The notes: generated by a model from the letters alone, not told the origin. A DNA stretch of 60,053 nt, filler included, from Candidatus Babelota bacterium (GCA_017999075.1; 7 parts of 7 records of this genome joined end to end with filler, not necessarily neighbours in it); one strand, 5' to 3'. Positions 8,434 through 18,827 are shown, numbered from the whole stretch's first letter. A program made the numbers and translations.

Positions 8434-8537
8434 GCGCTTTCAGCGGATAACTTGTGCTTTTACCTCACGCCTTCGGCGTGGCCGCTTCGCGGTCAGCGCT
8501 TCGCGCCGAGTAAAAGCACGGTTCGATAAATGCCATC
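8434..8537 (+). repeat. attC-like site 6 (left core TAAC)
   Basis: GCGCTTTCAGCGGATAAC-TT-GTGCTTTTAC-c...CGA-GTAAAAGCAC-GGTTC-GATAAATGCC. Confidence 0.85.
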
Positions 8538-8559
8538 TTTTTTAAAAACGAGGTGTATT

Positions 8560-8607
8560 ATGTTAACAGAAAAACAGATTGAAGATGTATTTGAACAATA
8601 TTATGAN
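8560..8607 (+). CDS. start of next cassette ORF (partial, MLTEKQIEDVFEQYY...)
   Basis: GAGGTG RBS then ATG after site 6; cut by the contig end. Confidence 0.55.
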
Positions 8608-8706
8608 NNNNNNNNNNNNNNNNNNNNNNNNNNNNNNNNNNNNNNNNNNNTTAATTAATTAANNNNNNNNNNNNNNNNNNNNNNNNNNNNNNNNNNNNNN
8701 NNNNNN

Positions 8707-9785
8707 ATCATAACTCTGCTTACACTTTGAAGAACATCAACGCATGGGTAATGATTTTTATGGGCAAGTTCACGGGATAATACAATATGTCCGTCAAGAA
8801 TTCCCCTAACAGAATCTGCTATAGGTTCGTTCATATCATCACCGTCAACAAGTATCGTGTATAATCCTGTAATAGTTCCGTTTTCTCCTGCTCCTGAGCG
8901 TTCCAGCATCATCGGCAGCAAAGAAAATACAGAAGGAGTATATCCCCGGGTTGCCGGAGGTTCGCCAATAGCCAAACCTATCTGACGTTGGGCATGAGCA
9001 AATCTTGTTACAGAATCCATCATAAGCATAACATTTAAACCTTTATCCCGGAAATATTCAGCTATAGTATGAGCTGCAAATGCACCGCGCAAACGCATTA
9101 AAGGAGGTTGATCTGATGTTGCAATAACAACTATGCTGCGTTTAAGGCCTTCTTCACCAAGTTCTTTTTCAATAAACTCCCTAACCTCCCTTCCACGTTC
9201 TCCTATCAATGCAATCACATTAACGTCTGCAGAAGCATATCTTGCTATCATTCCCATCATAGTACTTTTTCCGACTCCGCTTCCTGAAAAAACTCCCATT
9301 CTCTGTCCTTTACCAAATGTCATAATTCCGTCTATTGCCGATATTCCAAGAGATAATGGTTCTGTTATACGTTTTCTTGTTAAGGGATCAGGTGCAGACG
9401 AATAAATACTTCTGATTTCTTCAGGTATCACCGGATTTTTACCATCAGCCGGTTCGCCCATACCATTCAAGATTCTGCCGCGTAAACTATCTGATAACAT
9501 TATTTGAAGAGGATGACCTGCGGCTACTACTTCATCACCCTGACTTATACCTGCCATATCTCCTATAGGCATAAGCAATACTTTATTATTTTTGAATCCA
9601 ACAGCTTCTGCAAGTTTACACTCGTTACTGTCTTTCGGATATATGTAACACAATTCACCGATTTTACAAGACGGTCCTGACGATTCTATTACAATACCTA
9701 CAACATTAGCTATTTTTCCGCTTTTCTTTATGGAAGGTTTTAAATTTATTATTTGTTTAAATTTATCAGACAAAGAGTTTGACAT
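8707..9785 (-). CDS. fliI: flagellar export ATPase FliI (3' truncated by gap)
   Basis: GQRMGVFSGSGVGKS, ALIGERGREVREF and GEPPATRGYTPSVF. Confidence 0.95.
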
Positions 9786-9863
9786 TTTAGGATTTTTATA
9801 TAATATAATTACCGAGTATTTTTTTTGATTTATAAGTTCATTTGATAAAACATCAATAAATCG

Positions 9864-10688
9864 CTATAATTCTTCTATTGTTTGTTTCAAACTTTCAAAC
9901 AGACTTTCACATTTAATTTTTAATGTAGAATCGAAATTTCCTTTATCTGTTTCCAGAATACAACTTATATCATCCATATTCTGTGAACCGACTACTTTCA
10001 ATTTTTCAAGAGAAGTAACTTCACCAGCAACTACATTTTTCATATTTTTAATTTTTTCAACATTCGACTGGCTGACTTTTATAACTAATTCTTTAGCATC
10101 GCCTATTTCAGATAATAAATCTGTCAAATTTTTTATTAAAATATCTTCCTTATAAACTTCAATTTCTTTTGAAATAATATGATTAACAAAAGTCTTAACT
10201 ATTTCAAAAATTTCATCTTTCAAATTAAGAATTTTTTCTTTTTTTTCTTTAGTAATTGTATCTATTATTGAATTCAAAAGCAATAATTTATCTTTAGTTT
10301 CATTTTTGAATTCAGTTATTGCTTGTTTATATCCTTCATCATAGCCACGTTGAAATCCGGTTTGTTTCTGGATTTCAATTTGCTGTTTAGAGGATTCTAT
10401 AATCTCAATTTTCTGTTGTTCCCCTTCTTTAAGCAAATTAATTTTTTTTTGTTCGATTTCAATAAGAGCCTGTTGCTCCAATTTAACAAGCTCTTTCTTC
10501 TTCTCTTCTATAAGTTCATTTATTTCTGAAAGTTTTTGTTCGGCAAGCTTTGTTTCATCAACTTTAAGTTTATCGTCTTCAGATTCTTTTATAAAAATAT
10601 TTTCTCCGTCAAAATTTGTGCCTATAATAAAATTGCGCGGGTTTACAGTTATATTAAGTGATTTATAAATCCCTGTGTCCTGAGTCAT
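9864..10688 (-). CDS. fliH: flagellar assembly protein FliH
   Basis: GFQRGYDEGYKQA GxxxG repeats; lies between fliG and fliI. Confidence 0.8.
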   Translation of the reverse strand: MTQDTGIYKSLNITVNPRNFIIGTNFDGENIFIKESEDDKLKVDETKLAEQKLSEINELIEEKKKELVKLEQQALIEIEQKKINLLKEGEQQKIEIIESSKQQIEIQKQTGFQRGYDEGYKQAITEFKNETKDKLLLLNSIIDTITKEKKEKILNLKDEIFEIVKTFVNHIISKEIEVYKEDILIKNLTDLLSEIGDAKELVIKVSQSNVEKIKNMKNVVAGEVTSLEKLKVVGSQNMDDISCILETDKGNFDSTLKIKCESLFESLKQTIEEL

Positions 10689-11707
10689 TATACTACTAAT
10701 TCTTCTTCACCTCCGCGTGCGATTATAATGTCTCCGGATTCTTCAAGACGTCTTATAACATTAACTATACGCTGTTGAGCTTCTTCAACATCGCGCATAC
10801 GCACAGGTCCCATAAATTCCATATCTTCTTCAAGCATTGCAGACGCGCGTTTTGACATATTGCCGAATATTTTCTGTTTAACAGTCTCGTCAACAGCTTT
10901 CAAAGCAACTGCAAGTTCTTTTGTATCAACTTCACGCAAAACCTGCTGAATTGACCTGTCATCAAGTAAAACAATATCTTCAAATACAAACATAAGTTTC
11001 TTTATTTCTTCAGCGAGTTCAGGTTCTTCTTCCTCAAGATTTTCAAGTATGCTCTTTTCAGTACCGCGGTCCACTTTATTCAATATATCAACTATAGCCT
11101 GCACTCCACCTGCAATCGTATATTCTTCGCTGACAAGAGATGATAATTTCTTTTCAAGAACCCTTTCAACCTGCCTTAATATTTCCGGAGAAGTTCTGTC
11201 CATTGTTGCAATTCTTTTAGCAACGTCAGCCTGTATCTCTACATTCAGCTGAGGAAGTATCGCTGCCGCAGTATCAGGATCAAGATAAGATAAAATCAAG
11301 GAAATAGTCTGAGGATGTTCACCTTGTATAAAATTCAAAACATGTGAAGGATCAGCTTTTCTTACAAAATCAAATGGTTTTACCTGGATACTCTGAGTCA
11401 ACCTGTTTATTATATCCATAGAACGCTGTGTTCCCAAAGCTTTCTCTAAAACCTGACGGGCATAATCAAGCCCGCCTTGAGTTATAAAATCATTAGCCAT
11501 CAGCATTTCATGAAATTCCTGAACAACTGAATCCTTGTCAGACGGCTCAACCTTTTCAAGTTTTGCTATCTCCAAAGTCAATTCTTCAATTTCTTTATCC
11601 GTTAAATGTTTGAATATATTTGACGATATGTCAGCGCCAAGCGTTACTAAAAAAATCGCTGCTTTTTGTTTTCCCGTCAACTTATCACCTTGCTGGTTTG
11701 ACGCCAT
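10688..11707 (-). CDS. fliG: flagellar motor switch protein FliG
   Basis: LTGKQKAAIFL, GGLDYA, EHPQTI, MFVFEDI and GPVRMRDVEEAQ. Confidence 0.97.
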   Translation of the reverse strand: MASNQQGDKLTGKQKAAIFLVTLGADISSNIFKHLTDKEIEELTLEIAKLEKVEPSDKDSVVQEFHEMLMANDFITQGGLDYARQVLEKALGTQRSMDIINRLTQSIQVKPFDFVRKADPSHVLNFIQGEHPQTISLILSYLDPDTAAAILPQLNVEIQADVAKRIATMDRTSPEILRQVERVLEKKLSSLVSEEYTIAGGVQAIVDILNKVDRGTEKSILENLEEEEPELAEEIKKLMFVFEDIVLLDDRSIQQVLREVDTKELAVALKAVDETVKQKIFGNMSKRASAMLEEDMEFMGPVRMRDVEEAQQRIVNVIRRLEESGDIIIARGGEEELVV

Positions 11708-11738
11708 TTAACCGCCTCCTGTTATTTAACTACTAATT

Positions 11739-13364
11739 TTATCTGTTTTCAAACAACCAAGTACGCAATAGCGCAGCCACCATTTCAGGTTTCTTCTGAG
11801 CCATATCCTGCGCATGTTTCAATAATTCAAGTTTTTCGCGTTCTTCAGGAGTTAATTCCGAATCCGCTATCAGCCTTGAACCAAGCGCCTGATCCTGTGT
11901 GGCAAGTTCGCGTTTACGCAACAATTCTTCTTTACGAAGCTTCCATCTTTTATGCATTTCAAACAGAAATATGAAAATTATTACAAGACAAACTATACTT
12001 AACACTGTAATTTTAAACATTCTTTCTTTTTGAAGTTTTGATTTTATAAGTTTATCTTCATACTCAAATTCCGCTGTACGGTCGAATTGCAATTCTACTA
12101 CTTTAACACTGTCGTTTCGGTCAGGATTATATCCTATTGCGCTTTTAACCCCTTCTTCAAGACTTTTTAATAATTCAGGAGTCAAGTGTTTATAAGTTCT
12201 TTTTATCTTCTCAGTCGGTTTAGATGGTTCAGTATATTCCCATATCCCGTCAACCATCAAAGATGCCGAAACTCTTTTAATTGTCGGATTTCTTACTATT
12301 GATTTTTCAAGTTTATTAGGTTCATAATTTATACGATTTTCTTTCTTTTCATATTTTATCGGTCCATTTTCAGCGCTTTTATATACAGGTATATTATCTG
12401 TTACTCCAGGTTTTCCGCCTTCTTTAAAGCCTATCCCTTCAAATTTTTCGTCAAGAGTTTCTTCGCTGCGTTTAATAGGATCAAATCCGGGATTTGAAAA
12501 TTCCGTTGACTTAGCCTCTTCCTTATCAAAATTATATTCAATAGTAACTTCAGCTGTAATTCTTCTGTGACTTAATATTTTCCCAAGTGCATTTATTATT
12601 TTGTTTTTTAATTTTTTCTCTTCACGTTCTTTTATTTTATTCTGCATATCAACTTTGGTTTCACTTTCTATCTCTTTATCTTCAATTTCATCGTTTAAAC
12701 TCTCGCCTGTAGCAGAATCAACAAGCATTATATTTTCAGATTTACAATTTGGTATATAATAAGATGCAAGGTTTATAATCCCTTTAATCTGTTTTTTTTC
12801 AAGTTTTTCATAAGGTTTAAGTTCTATTGTTATTGATGCTTTAGAAGATTCTTCCATAGAAGAAAACAGCGGTCTGTCCGGCAAAGATATCGCAACAACT
12901 GCAGATTTTATCGGACCTAAACCCTGAATCATACGGGTTAAAGCTCCTTCAGTCGCGATTTTAAAATGAATTTTCTTTTCGTATTCAGTAAGTCCGCGCG
13001 GCAAATCTTTAAATATTTCAAATCCTGTTATATTACTTTTAGGAAGTTTGTTCTCTGATCCTAATTTTAATAAAATATCATTTTTCCTTTCAGAAGAAAC
13101 ATATAAATATCCAAGATTAGCGTCATATTTATAATTTTCACGCCAATCATCAAGAGATTTTTTTACTTGACCCGCGTCTTCTATTGATAACTTATGGTCA
13201 AATAACGGCGTAAGCTTCTCACCTGATGTTATAATTGCAGTTATTATAATTGCAGTTAATGCAAGGGCAACAATTGAAATAATTGTAATTTTCTGTTTCT
13301 TAGACAAATTATTCCAAACATTTAGCCCCTGTTCTTTAAATTTATTAAAAAAATCTTTCATCAA
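11739..13364 (-). CDS. fliF: flagellar M-ring protein FliF
   Basis: two TM segments, GFEIF, ATEGALTRMI, KASITIEL and AIGYNPDRNDSV; upstream of fliG. Confidence 0.92.
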   Translation of the reverse strand: MMKDFFNKFKEQGLNVWNNLSKKQKITIISIVALALTAIIITAIITSGEKLTPLFDHKLSIEDAGQVKKSLDDWRENYKYDANLGYLYVSSERKNDILLKLGSENKLPKSNITGFEIFKDLPRGLTEYEKKIHFKIATEGALTRMIQGLGPIKSAVVAISLPDRPLFSSMEESSKASITIELKPYEKLEKKQIKGIINLASYYIPNCKSENIMLVDSATGESLNDEIEDKEIESETKVDMQNKIKEREEKKLKNKIINALGKILSHRRITAEVTIEYNFDKEEAKSTEFSNPGFDPIKRSEETLDEKFEGIGFKEGGKPGVTDNIPVYKSAENGPIKYEKKENRINYEPNKLEKSIVRNPTIKRVSASLMVDGIWEYTEPSKPTEKIKRTYKHLTPELLKSLEEGVKSAIGYNPDRNDSVKVVELQFDRTAEFEYEDKLIKSKLQKERMFKITVLSIVCLVIIFIFLFEMHKRWKLRKEELLRKRELATQDQALGSRLIADSELTPEEREKLELLKHAQDMAQKKPEMVAALLRTWLFENR

Positions 13365-13449
13365 AAAGTTCCTCCAGCATAAAATATGCGGTTGACATTT
13401 TATTATAACAAAAAAATTTTATTTTGTAAATCTTTTTTTTTACAATTTT

Positions 13450-14859
13450 TTAAAAAATTTTTCCCGGGTTCATTATATTATCAGGATCAATATCATATTT
13501 TATTTTTTTCATTATATTTATTTCTTTTTCAGTCAGTTTCCAATTTAAATATTTTTTTTTCGCAAATCCTATACCGTGCTCTCCGCTTATAGAACCTCCG
13601 AGTTTTATAGATAATTTCAAAATTTTTTCTATAGCCTCTATCTTTTTAACATCCCATATTTGTTTTTCCATATCATCTTTTACAACATTCACATGAACAT
13701 TTCCGTCTCCTGCATGACCGTAAGCGGCAACTTTAATTCCGGTATCATTTCCTATAATTTTAATACCATTCAGCAAATCAGGGATTCGATTTCTTGGCAC
13801 AACCACATCTTCCCCTATTTTTTCTTTACCTATATGCTTAAGCGCATCTCTAAGAGTCCTTCTCATTTCCCATATTTTATTTTTTGTTTTTTCATCAGAA
13901 GCCACAAAAACATCAAGAGCGCCGTTATTTAAAAAAATTTCTCCTGCAGATTCAATTTTTTTATTAATTTCATTTTCATCAAACCCGTCTATTTGAATCA
14001 AAAGCTGCGCTTCAGCTTCATCCGAATACTGGAATTTTTTATTTAAAAACTTTTCAGAATACTTTATAGAATCAGAATCTATAAATTCACAAACAGCCAA
14101 TCCAAAATTTTTATTTATAACTTCAGGAATTATTTTCGCCGCATCTTCAAATTTAGCGAAAGGAACAAGCATATCAATTACTACCGGAGGTTTAGGAATT
14201 AATTTAACAATCATTTCCGATATAATTCCAAGCGTTCCTTCGGAGCCTATTATCATATGATTAAGATTGTATCCTGTAGACACTTTCTCGTATTTCCCGG
14301 AATAGTTTGAAATCGTACAATCAGGAAATACGGTTTTTAAATTCAAAATATAATTTCTTGTTATACCATATTTCAAAGCTCTGGGGCCGCCTGCAGATAC
14401 TGCTGCGTTTCCGCCCAGCGAACAAGTATCTATGCTGTTAGGATCAGGAGGATAAAATAAATTTTCATTTTCAACCAAAGTGTCAAAATCGCGCAATATT
14501 ATTCCCGGCTGAACCACAGCGCAAAAATTTTCTTTATCAATGTCAATTATTTGATTCAATCCCGCAGTCGATATTACTGCTCCTCCGAATACAGGAATCG
14601 AACCTCCGGTAACACTCGTGCCCCCGCCTCTTACAGTTATAGGTATTTTTTCATAAGCCAGATATTTTACAATTTCAACAATAATATCAGTACTGCGTGG
14701 AATCACTGCGATTTCTGGCATCACAGGAAGCACTTCACTTTCATCCTTTGAATATGCGGATAATGATACAATATCTTTTCTTACAACATTTTCTTTGCCG
14801 CACAAACTTATTAAAAAATCTTCAGTTTTATCTGTAACTTTATTATACATATTTTCCAA
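13450..14859 (-). CDS. FAD-linked oxidase, GlcD/D-lactate dehydrogenase family
   Basis: RGGGTSVTGG, YPPDPNS, GHAGDGNVH and ISGEHGIG. Confidence 0.9.
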   Translation of the reverse strand: MENMYNKVTDKTEDFLISLCGKENVVRKDIVSLSAYSKDESEVLPVMPEIAVIPRSTDIIVEIVKYLAYEKIPITVRGGGTSVTGGSIPVFGGAVISTAGLNQIIDIDKENFCAVVQPGIILRDFDTLVENENLFYPPDPNSIDTCSLGGNAAVSAGGPRALKYGITRNYILNLKTVFPDCTISNYSGKYEKVSTGYNLNHMIIGSEGTLGIISEMIVKLIPKPPVVIDMLVPFAKFEDAAKIIPEVINKNFGLAVCEFIDSDSIKYSEKFLNKKFQYSDEAEAQLLIQIDGFDENEINKKIESAGEIFLNNGALDVFVASDEKTKNKIWEMRRTLRDALKHIGKEKIGEDVVVPRNRIPDLLNGIKIIGNDTGIKVAAYGHAGDGNVHVNVVKDDMEKQIWDVKKIEAIEKILKLSIKLGGSISGEHGIGFAKKKYLNWKLTEKEINIMKKIKYDIDPDNIMNPGKIF

Positions 14860-14975
14860 TTCAATAAAATAAACAGTTTATTTATATCAGTTTTCCGAAT
14901 ACTATATTTTTTTTATGAAATTGTCAATACATTGATTTTTATTGCAAAACTATAGAACTATAATATACAGAATAA

Positions 14976-15563
14976 TTATTTCAAATGGCGGATGATATCT
15001 ATGAATCTACGCAGTTTCATTTCATCTTTTTTGCCTGGAAACTTTTCTATGCCGCTTGACACATCTGCTCCGAAAGCCTTGTTCCCTTCCAGTAATGTTT
15101 CAGCATTTTCACAGTTCAAACCTCCAGCTAAAAAATAAGGTTTCTTTATGTCATAATCCTTCAAACTTAAAATCTCCAGTATCTCACCATTTAATTTTGT
15201 TTTATCAAACAATAGATAATCTGCATCCATGCAACATTCTAATTTTTCGATTTCAGTTACACGTTTTATAACAGGTTTATTTAACTTTTCTTTGTATTCT
15301 TTAACATTTTCTCCGCCGTGAAGCTGTATCAAATCAAATCCGCATCTAATATCAACATCTTCAATATATTCTATCGGCTGATTCATAAACACTCCGACAG
15401 TCAAAATCATATCTTTTTTTATTGTCCGGATAATTTCAGCACAGGTTTTAATTTCAATTTTTCTAGGACTTTCAGCAAAAATAAATCCCAAAAAATCAGC
15501 TCCATACTTTATGGATAATACAGCATCTTCAAAATTTGTAATTCCGCAAATTTTAATTTTCAA
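14976..15563 (-). CDS. trpF: phosphoribosylanthranilate isomerase
   Basis: KIKICGIT, IQLHGGE, LAGGLN and DVSSGIE. Confidence 0.95.
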   Translation of the reverse strand: MKIKICGITNFEDAVLSIKYGADFLGFIFAESPRKIEIKTCAEIIRTIKKDMILTVGVFMNQPIEYIEDVDIRCGFDLIQLHGGENVKEYKEKLNKPVIKRVTEIEKLECCMDADYLLFDKTKLNGEILEILSLKDYDIKKPYFLAGGLNCENAETLLEGNKAFGADVSSGIEKFPGKKDEMKLRRFIDIIRHLK

Positions 15564-16881
15564 ATTCAGCCTCGTATAAAATTACTTTCATCCCAGGTTT
15601 AATCTCAAAGTCATTGTTATCTATAAGAATCTTTAAATGAAAAAGATATTCCGAAGATTCAAATTCAGGATATGCAGATATGATTTCACCGCCGATATTT
15701 TTATTCAATGCATCAACATAAACGCGTACGTTCTTTTTTTCCATACTTTTTTCAGCAGTTTCCTTTGAAACTAAAAACTCGGCATAAACATTAGATATAT
15801 CAATTATAACCGCTAATTTTCCTGATTCTGAAATATAATCATTTTCTCTGACAACAACATCTTTAGCATACCCTGAAACCGGTGAATAAATTTTTATATA
15901 CTTCAATTTTTCTTTCATCCTATCAATATCAAAATTTTTTTTAGATATATTATGTTCCGCTATATCCAAATCTATCTGCCTCGGAATTTCATTAGCTATT
16001 TTAATGTCTAATTCTGATTTATCAAAATTAAGTTTTGAAATTTCAAGTTGATTTTTTTTCTTTAAAAATTCTTTTTCTGACATTCCATTATTTTCAAAAA
16101 TCAGTTTTTCCGCAGCAAACCCTGCAAGAGCATCTTCATAGTTGCGTTTACTTATATTCACGGCAATCTTTAATTTTTCAAGTTCAGATTCTGATTTTCC
16201 TGATTTCAATTTTTCCAAATCAAGATAAAGTTTTTTTAAATCATACTCTGACGATTTAATATCTTCAAGCAATTTTTTATCATCTATTTCACATATCATT
16301 GAATTTATTGAAACAAACTGCCCTTCTTTTAAATTAATCTGTTTTATAAAACCGCTAACCTTACTTGTAACAGCAATTTCATTATATGGAAAAATAAACC
16401 CTTCGTAAATATTCTTGGCATCACCAGCTTTACATTCTTCATTTTTTTCCACTTTTTTATCAGGTTCAATATTAATAATTGAATTTTCCAAGTCATTGAT
16501 GAACTGATTTATTTTTTTATCATCTTCTGCTGTTTTAATATCAATATATATATTTTCTATTGTTGATGAATTGGTGTCTTCACTCATTATAATATTCTTT
16601 TCTTTAGATTTTATATCTTTTAAATTTTCATTTTCCCAAGTTTCTGTCTTTAGTATGGAAGTTTCATTATTCCGAATTTCATTTACAGATTCTATTTGAA
16701 GTTTAGCATTTTTAATTTTATCAAGCAAAGCTTTGATATAAGTATCGTCTGAAATATCAGAATAATCATTATCTGAAGCAGAAACTATTGTTGAACAAAA
16801 AAATATTGAAGTCAAAAAAATAATAATAATCTGATAAAATAAAATGCTGTTTTTTAGTTTTAATTTCATAATAAAATTCAT
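15553..16881 (-). CDS. efflux RND/ABC periplasmic adaptor (HlyD family) with N-terminal extension
   Basis: VTSKVSGFIKQINLKEGQFV, coiled coil, IYSPVSG and IKPGMKV. Confidence 0.8.
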   Translation of the reverse strand: MNFIMKLKLKNSILFYQIIIIFLTSIFFCSTIVSASDNDYSDISDDTYIKALLDKIKNAKLQIESVNEIRNNETSILKTETWENENLKDIKSKEKNIIMSEDTNSSTIENIYIDIKTAEDDKKINQFINDLENSIINIEPDKKVEKNEECKAGDAKNIYEGFIFPYNEIAVTSKVSGFIKQINLKEGQFVSINSMICEIDDKKLLEDIKSSEYDLKKLYLDLEKLKSGKSESELEKLKIAVNISKRNYEDALAGFAAEKLIFENNGMSEKEFLKKKNQLEISKLNFDKSELDIKIANEIPRQIDLDIAEHNISKKNFDIDRMKEKLKYIKIYSPVSGYAKDVVVRENDYISESGKLAVIIDISNVYAEFLVSKETAEKSMEKKNVRVYVDALNKNIGGEIISAYPEFESSEYLFHLKILIDNNDFEIKPGMKVILYEAEFEN

Positions 16882-16927
16882 TCTCCAAAAATAATTATCT
16901 ATTCATATTTCCCATTATTAAAATATA

Positions 16928-17284
16928 TTATTGAACAATTTTAACCAGCATCCCGGGTTTAAATTGATATTCTTTATTTTCTTTTATTAAAACCCTTACC
17001 CTTAATGTTCCTGTTGCAGAATCCACATCAGGAAAAACCGAATACAGCTCACCCTTAACTTTTTTCTTTATTATAGGCGCATAAATTTCAAATGTTTTAC
17101 TTTTATAATATTCTTCAATTTTGTCAACTGAAACATTCAGTTCAGCGTATATTTTTGAAATATCGGTAATAACGGCGATCTTACCATTTTCGTTAACAAA
17201 ATCCCCTTCTTTCACCATAACTTCTTTAACAAAACCTGAAATTTCCGATTTAATAAAAACTCCTTCCATTTTTTTTTTCAATTT
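16928..17284 (-). CDS. efflux periplasmic adaptor, C-terminal part (5' truncated)
   Basis: IKSEISGFV, VDSATGTLRVRV and FKPGM. Confidence 0.75.
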   Translation of the reverse strand, partial: KLKKKMEGVFIKSEISGFVKEVMVKEGDFVNENGKIAVITDISKIYAELNVSVDKIEEYYKSKTFEIYAPIIKKKVKGELYSVFPDVDSATGTLRVRVLIKENKEYQFKPGMLVKIVQ

Positions 17285-17383
17285 NNNNNNNNNNNNNNNN
17301 NNNNNNNNNNNNNNNNNNNNNNNNNNNNTTAATTAATTAANNNNNNNNNNNNNNNNNNNNNNNNNNNNNNNNNNNNNNNNNNN

Positions 17384-17542
17384 NGCTATAAGTAATACGT
17401 CAGGAGGTATAGGAAAAAAAGAAGATTCCGCAAAAGACATTAAAATCAAAACCAAATTTCCATATTGAGTGTTGGCCCAGTGTAATGTCCAATTATAAAT
17501 ATATTTTACAGGTTTATTTATAAAATTCATAATTTTTTTCAT
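17384..17542 (-). CDS. YqaA/DedA family membrane protein (partial)
   Basis: SFAESSFFPIPPDVLLI motif. Confidence 0.8.
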
Positions 17543-17722
17543 AGCTGTCAGTATTTTATAACATAACTTTAAATTAGCAATGTTTTTTTACTGATTTGAC
17601 AAAATAAAAACTATAAGTATAATTACAAAATAAATAATTTAACATTTTGGATATTTATTGAAGTTTCAAAAATTCGATAAATTTTATAAATAAAATTATA
17701 ATATAAAAATCAAGGAAATGTT

Positions 17723-18823
17723 ATGAAAGAAAAATTAAAATATTACAAATTTAACTTTATGCATAAATTTGTTAAAGATGTTTTTATAAATACAGGGGTT
17801 CCTAAAAAGGATGCAAAAATAATTGCAGATGTAATAATAGAAGCTGATAAACGCGGAATAGATTCTCACGGAGTGGCGCGCCTTAAAACAATCTATTATG
17901 ACAGAATAAAGGAAGGCATTCAGTTTCCAGTAACAAATTTTGAAATTATAAAAGACAAAATGGCAATTGCTGTTGTTGACGGACATAATGGAATGGGCCA
18001 GGTAATCGCCAAAAAATCAATGGATATTGCTATAAAAAAAGCAAAAAAATATGGAATCGGAATGGTTGCATCCCGAAACTCCACACATTACGGAATAGCC
18101 GGATATTATGTGTTACAGGCAATAAAATCCGGTATGATCGGAATAACAGGGACTAATGCAAGACCTTCTGTGGCTCCTACGTTCGGAATTGAAAATATGC
18201 TCGGCACCAATCCCCTTACTTTTGGAATGCCGTCTGATGAAGAATTCCCTTTTGTATTAGACTGTGCAACCTCTTTAACTCAACGAGGTAAAATAGAAGT
18301 TTATGCAAGGTTAAACAAAAAATTGCCTGAAGGATGGGTCATTGGCGATGACGGCAAATCAAAAACAGATAGCATTAAAATTCTAAATGATTTGGTGAAA
18401 GGAACTGCAGCGCTTACTCCGCTCGGAGGCATAGGCGAAGAAACAGCAGGATACAAAGGATACGGATATGCTACAGTGGTAGAAATTTTATCTGCTGCAT
18501 TACAATCAGGAAACTTTTTAAAAATGCTTAATGGTATTGAAAACGGAATTAAAGTTCCTTACAGATTAGGGCATTTTTTTATTGCTGTAAATATTGATTT
18601 TTTCATTAAGCTTGAAGAATTCAAAAAAATCACAGGTTCTATTCTTCGCAGCTTAAGATCATCAAAAAAAATGAAAGGACAGAATAGAATTTATACTGCC
18701 GGTGAAAAAGAACATTTAATCTGGCTCGACAGAAAAAAAAAAGGAATTCCTTTACCTGAAAAATCTATTGAAGAATTAAAAACAATATGTAAAGAATTAA
18801 ATTTAACCGGATATAAATTTTAA
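17723..18823 (+). CDS. Ldh_2 family malate/L-lactate/L-sulfolactate dehydrogenase
   Basis: ADKRGIDSHGV, VDGHNGMGQ, HYGIAGYY, LGTNP and GYKGYG. Confidence 0.9.
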   Translation: MKEKLKYYKFNFMHKFVKDVFINTGVPKKDAKIIADVIIEADKRGIDSHGVARLKTIYYDRIKEGIQFPVTNFEIIKDKMAIAVVDGHNGMGQVIAKKSMDIAIKKAKKYGIGMVASRNSTHYGIAGYYVLQAIKSGMIGITGTNARPSVAPTFGIENMLGTNPLTFGMPSDEEFPFVLDCATSLTQRGKIEVYARLNKKLPEGWVIGDDGKSKTDSIKILNDLVKGTAALTPLGGIGEETAGYKGYGYATVVEILSAALQSGNFLKMLNGIENGIKVPYRLGHFFIAVNIDFFIKLEEFKKITGSILRSLRSSKKMKGQNRIYTAGEKEHLIWLDRKKKGIPLPEKSIEELKTICKELNLTGYKF

Positions 18824-18827
18824 AATT

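Larger units (their letters stand above)
92..8607 (+). mobile_element. integron-like gene cassette array (no integrase in view)
   Basis: six related palindromic sites separate co-oriented, unrelated ORF modules; cassette ends are mutually complementary. Confidence 0.8.

Noticed and set aside
92-8537. GC-rich repeats as a CRISPR array, tRNAs or simple terminators
   Set aside because: They are separated by 0.7-2.7 kb genes, are not identical, have no tRNA T/D-loop consensus or poly-U tails, and the cross-site flank complementarity is not explained by those classes.
8608-8706. TTAATTAATTAA within N-runs (six occurrences)
   Set aside because: Artificial contig linker with stops in all frames; adjacency across gaps (e.g. 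array next to fliI) is not biological evidence.
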